This document shows, piece by piece, positions 37,908 to 41,287 of a stretch of DNA of 41,287 nucleotides. Each line of letters begins with the position of its first letter. Positions within the stretch are counted from its first letter, which is position 1. The DNA is from an uncultured Clostridia bacterium (GTDB taxonomy: Bacteria > Aerophobota > Aerophobia > Aerophobales > B3-G15): positions 1-41,287 of the forward strand of contig CAYZYX010000012.1 of assembly GCA_964482715.1 (NCBI GenBank), in the 5' to 3' direction. Position numbers and translations under genes: made by a program. The notes beneath the pieces were generated by a model that was not told the DNA's origin, made no database searches, and saw nothing but the letters and a program-made list of their open reading frames with translations.

Positions 37908-38792
37908 TTAGCCAATAATATCAAAGAAAGGTTTTGCCTGGTTTATTTCTTCTTCTAAGAGAAAGGCAAAATACTCCAGATATGTTTCATCAACGTCGGG
38001 CCTCACCGATTGCAACATTTTCCATATAGAAGTATCTACACGGGGAATCTCTTTATCCCCACTCCATCCCACTTTTTTCATCTTGACAAGAAAATCTGCA
38101 AGGTGAACAACACAGCAAAGCCCTTGATTTAGTTTTGCCCGAGCAGGAAAATGGTGAACTTTGATGGATTCCTCAATTTCCTGGGGAAGATTCCATCTGT
38201 AGGCTAACCATCCCCCAATTTCAGCATGAGTAACACCCAGAACATTTTTTTCTGCCTCATAAAATGATGTATTGTTGGACAAAACCCGCTGCATAACTTT
38301 TTCAAATAAATCCCTGGCATACTGATTTAGAAACACTTTTCCAATATCATGGAGAAGACCAGCCACAAATACTTTGCCTGTCACCCGGTATCTAAAAAAT
38401 CTTGCCAGCATTTTTGATGCCAGAGCACAGCCTAAACTGTGCTGCCAGAAAGCCTGGTGGTTAAAAAAGGGAGAGTTCTTTTTGGGAGGGAAACTCCGCA
38501 GGATGGAGATGGTAAAAACGATGTTTTTTATTTCATTAAAACCCAGAATGACCAGTGCGTGTTTTACCGTGCTTATCTGCCGGGGAAAACCATAGTAGGC
38601 AGAATTCACCACTTTAAGAACAGCGCTGGTTAGCGATTGATCACTGGATATTGTGCTGGCAATTTCTTGAATCGGGGTTCTGGGATTGCGAATAAGTTCC
38701 ATTACCCGGGAAGCAATAACCGGCAATGTGGGAATACTGGAGATGTTGTTCACAATGCCTCTCAATCTCTCAGAAATCCTTTCTTTTTCCAT
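37908..38792 (-). CDS. HDOD-domain protein
   Basis: IPTLP, LKVVNSAYYG, FWQHS, GLLHDIGK, HAEIGGWLA..WNLP. Confidence 0.93.
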   Translation of the reverse strand: MEKERISERLRGIVNNISSIPTLPVIASRVMELIRNPRTPIQEIASTISSDQSLTSAVLKVVNSAYYGFPRQISTVKHALVILGFNEIKNIVFTISILRSFPPKKNSPFFNHQAFWQHSLGCALASKMLARFFRYRVTGKVFVAGLLHDIGKVFLNQYARDLFEKVMQRVLSNNTSFYEAEKNVLGVTHAEIGGWLAYRWNLPQEIEESIKVHHFPARAKLNQGLCCVVHLADFLVKMKKVGWSGDKEIPRVDTSIWKMLQSVRPDVDETYLEYFAFLLEEEINQAKPFFDIIG

Positions 38793-38845
38793 GTTTATTT
38801 CCCCTTCATTTTATTTGCCCCTCCCTGATAATACCTTTTATTTGT

Positions 38846-38873
38846 TTTTCGGTTAAAAAACAAAAAAACTTTA
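38846..38873 (-). promoter_or_regulatory. Sigma28-type promoter of the HDOD/HD-GYP operon
   Basis: Minus strand TAAA-N16-ACCGAAAA; same TAAAGTTTTT...ACCGA form as 4739-4765. Confidence 0.58.
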
Positions 38874-38919
38874 TTATTTCCATTAAAATAAAAAAACTCT
38901 TAGATTTAAAATCTGTTAT

Positions 38920-39171
38920 TCAGTAAACAATCACCTGTGCTGTGGCACCATCAGATAGACGCTTACTTTCCAGGTGCCACCGCAGCTTAAGCTGATTTAG
39001 AGAGTAACAGAAAGGACAGGTTATTGTGGGATTATCAATTCCCACCTGAACACGCCTTTTAAATCGATACCCGCAATTCATACATCGCAGGGGTAAACTT
39101 ACAGTAAAGGTAAGTTCTCCCTTTACTGTCTGATGACGCTCAACCTTTACTTTTAATGTGCCGTCAGGCAT
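38920..39171 (-). CDS. Small zinc-ribbon protein
   Basis: CMNC-x16-CPFC; GGAG RBS and own promoter. Confidence 0.72.
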   Translation of the reverse strand: MPDGTLKVKVERHQTVKGELTFTVSLPLRCMNCGYRFKRRVQVGIDNPTITCPFCYSLNQLKLRWHLESKRLSDGATAQVIVY

Positions 39172-39221
39172 AGCCGGTTTGTCTCCAAAAGCCAGGTTCT
39201 AAACCCAAATTATAAGTCATT

Positions 39222-39250
39222 AATATATAAATAAAATTAAAAGCTGTCAA
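39222..39250 (-). promoter_or_regulatory. Sigma70-type promoter
   Basis: TTGACA-N17-TATATT. Confidence 0.68.
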
Positions 39251-39322
39251 GAGAACACCTGTGATATTAGGAAAATTTTGCCTGTACCTTTTTCTCCACG
39301 AGAAAAATTTCAGAATCTCCTG

Positions 39323-41287
39323 CTACGAAATTTTACTTGCTTTAATGTTAAATTCTACTTCGTTATACCCTTTCCATAAAATTTCAGCAAGTTCATCTCT
39401 CTCACATAAGGAATTGTAAACTCTGAAAAAGAAATTTTTACCTACTTCCTGATAGTGAATCATGGGAACAGAATACATTTTGCTCTTATCGGTGAAAATT
39501 TGAATACATCTTTTGTCATCTCCAATCTCCAGTAGACCCTCGGTACTCCCGAGACAATGTTTTGAGGTTACCAGATGATTTACCGGCTGATGTTGCCATA
39601 TTTTTTGGCCTTTAACGTAAAATTTTTCCAGATCCCTCCCACCATTGTGAGTGGCATAATAAAGAGATTCCCTCTCAAAACTTTCAGGATTAAGTGTAAT
39701 TATTCCCACCCTGAAAGAAACAGGGTGTATTCCTCTGGTGTAGAGTTTGTAAACCAGCTTTAAACTGTCTTTGCAGATTCTGTATTCTTTTACACAGGAG
39801 ATATCCTTAAGTTCTATCGGCCTTTTATTCCGCAAGACAATCCATCCAGGACACTCTTCCAATTCAACCTCACATGATACCGAGAGATCTGTAACCTGAA
39901 AACCCTCCTGGGTTACCATGATGAAATGCCCGCTGTAAAAATCAGCTCCAAAACTTATATCATCAAAGTAACCCTGAAAGAGTGTCCCTAATAATGGATG
40001 TGGAGAAACCTTTTTAAAAATCAGTTTTTCTATGGCCAGTCCTTTGTTTTTGAGAAGAGAAATGATAATTGCTGGAGTCTCCAGAACAAACCTTCTTCCC
40101 CCTTCGTAAAAACTGTAAGCAGGACAAACCGTTTTGTTTACCCTTCTATTTATTGTCGTAGATTCATCTTGTTGGCGACCTAAAAGATCGCAAAGCGAGT
40201 TTAAACAGTATCCCATCTTATCTCTAAATTCCAGGTATTTTTCGTCAGTGGTGTTGGTTCTAAAGTCACTACCCCATAGAAAAAGTAAATCTCTGTAAAA
40301 ATTATCCCCTTTACCAGTTCTTTCTTTTGCCCTGGAGAGGAGACGATACAGTTTGTAGCATTGTGTGTTCATCTTTACCGAATCTCTACCTGTAACTGCC
40401 CATCTGGTCAGGTTGTATTTGTCCTGTTTTTTACATCTCACAGGATAATCAGGGGTTTCTATCCTGATAGTTTTTTCGGGGGGATAATCTTTTAAAATCT
40501 CGGATGGCAATTTGATCTCAATCCAGTCAAAGGATTGAAGTTTAAAGAGAAGGTTCTTTATTTTTCTTATATCCTTACCGTTTTTTTTAAATTCCAGACT
40601 ACCTGGAGTGTAGTCAAAAACCTCTGCATCAGAGACATAGAGAGGAAAGGTTCGCTTCTCACTTTCAGAAAAATGAGACCTTATAAAATTGAAGTATTCT
40701 TCCTCATCCAGCTCTTCCCAGATGTATCTTTGAAATTTTTGCCAGGCCACACAATCAGACCAGAGCAAATTTATCTTCACCCCACCTGAGCCTTCTACCT
40801 GAACAGGCCTGTATCTTAAGTTTACATCAAAAGCATTGGACTTTTTTGCATTCATCCAGTCAAAAATTATAGCCTCATACCCTGCTTCTCTGTAAATTTC
40901 AGGCAAACTCTTTGAATAAACCTGCTCATTTAAATAGGCAACTTTAGGGACCTGGTCCAGTAATTTTCCATATACCTCCAGGCCAAACAGGAGATTTTTC
41001 CGGTTTACTTTGTAGGGAATAAGGGGAAAAATTGCCTGGGAATAGCTGGAACCCACGAGTTCACATCTTTTTTCTTTTAAGAGTCTTTTAAGTCTCTTGA
41101 TAAACTCCGGTTTTACCTGATTTATCTTTTCCAGAGTGTATCCCGTAAACTCAAGTCCCAGATTAAATCCTTCCTCAACCATATCTAAAAATGAAGTGTA
41201 GATATGATCTATGATGTATGGATAATGGGTAGCTGGTATGGAGGAAAAAGCAAGATTATGATGAAAAACAATATAAAGATTTAATTT
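39323..41287 (-). CDS. GH57-like glycoside hydrolase, 5' end beyond the window
   Basis: Frame stays open to the window edge (KLNLYIVFHHNL...); ELVGSSYSQAIFPLIP, YLNEQ, SDAE motifs resemble GH57 conserved regions. Confidence 0.65.
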   Translation of the reverse strand, partial: KLNLYIVFHHNLAFSSIPATHYPYIIDHIYTSFLDMVEEGFNLGLEFTGYTLEKINQVKPEFIKRLKRLLKEKRCELVGSSYSQAIFPLIPYKVNRKNLLFGLEVYGKLLDQVPKVAYLNEQVYSKSLPEIYREAGYEAIIFDWMNAKKSNAFDVNLRYRPVQVEGSGGVKINLLWSDCVAWQKFQRYIWEELDEEEYFNFIRSHFSESEKRTFPLYVSDAEVFDYTPGSLEFKKNGKDIRKIKNLLFKLQSFDWIEIKLPSEILKDYPPEKTIRIETPDYPVRCKKQDKYNLTRWAVTGRDSVKMNTQCYKLYRLLSRAKERTGKGDNFYRDLLFLWGSDFRTNTTDEKYLEFRDKMGYCLNSLCDLLGRQQDESTTINRRVNKTVCPAYSFYEGGRRFVLETPAIIISLLKNKGLAIEKLIFKKVSPHPLLGTLFQGYFDDISFGADFYSGHFIMVTQEGFQVTDLSVSCEVELEECPGWIVLRNKRPIELKDISCVKEYRICKDSLKLVYKLYTRGIHPVSFRVGIITLNPESFERESLYYATHNGGRDLEKFYVKGQKIWQHQPVNHLVTSKHCLGSTEGLLEIGDDKRCIQIFTDKSKMYSVPMIHYQEVGKNFFFRVYNSLCERDELAEILWKGYNEVEFNIKASKIS

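Noticed and set aside
39254-39262. AACACCTGT shared with 35282-35290, upstream of two TTGACA promoters
   Set aside because: Only 9 bp and at different spacing; compatible with chance
1-41287. CRISPR arrays, tRNA/rRNA genes, prophage or defence genes
   Set aside because: None seen on either strand

Overview
Low-GC bacterial scaffold segment (two 100-N gaps, MAG-like) dominated by a minus-strand flagellar supercluster: flgBC-fliEFGHIJ-motE-like-fliK-flgDE-flbD-motA-motB-motB'-fliLMNOPQR-flhBA-fliA-small ORF-divergent rpoN. Upstream lies a regulatory block: a c-di-GMP-I riboswitch in front of a pseudo-receiver sigma54 activator, then a sigma54-promoter-driven operon of receiver, Cys-containing small protein, membrane TPR protein, FlgN-like protein, PAS kinase and NtrC-type regulator. 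Flanks carry two HD-GYP phosphodiesterases, an HDOD protein, a soluble chemoreceptor with two signalling domains, a lytic transglycosylase, a Zn-ribbon protein and a partial GH57-like gene. Most unusual: (1) a DUF1670-like HTH gene bracketed by two copies of the same palindrome TATGTGG-N6-CCACATA and lying antisense between a near-consensus sigma28 promoter and the chemoreceptor gene; (2) a second MotB whose essential ion-binding Asp is Asn and which shares a 75/77-nt tract with the first MotB; (3) a riboswitch-topped sigma54/sigma28 cascade with its own short, divergent RpoN. All calls come from motif recognition by eye; no database searches were run.
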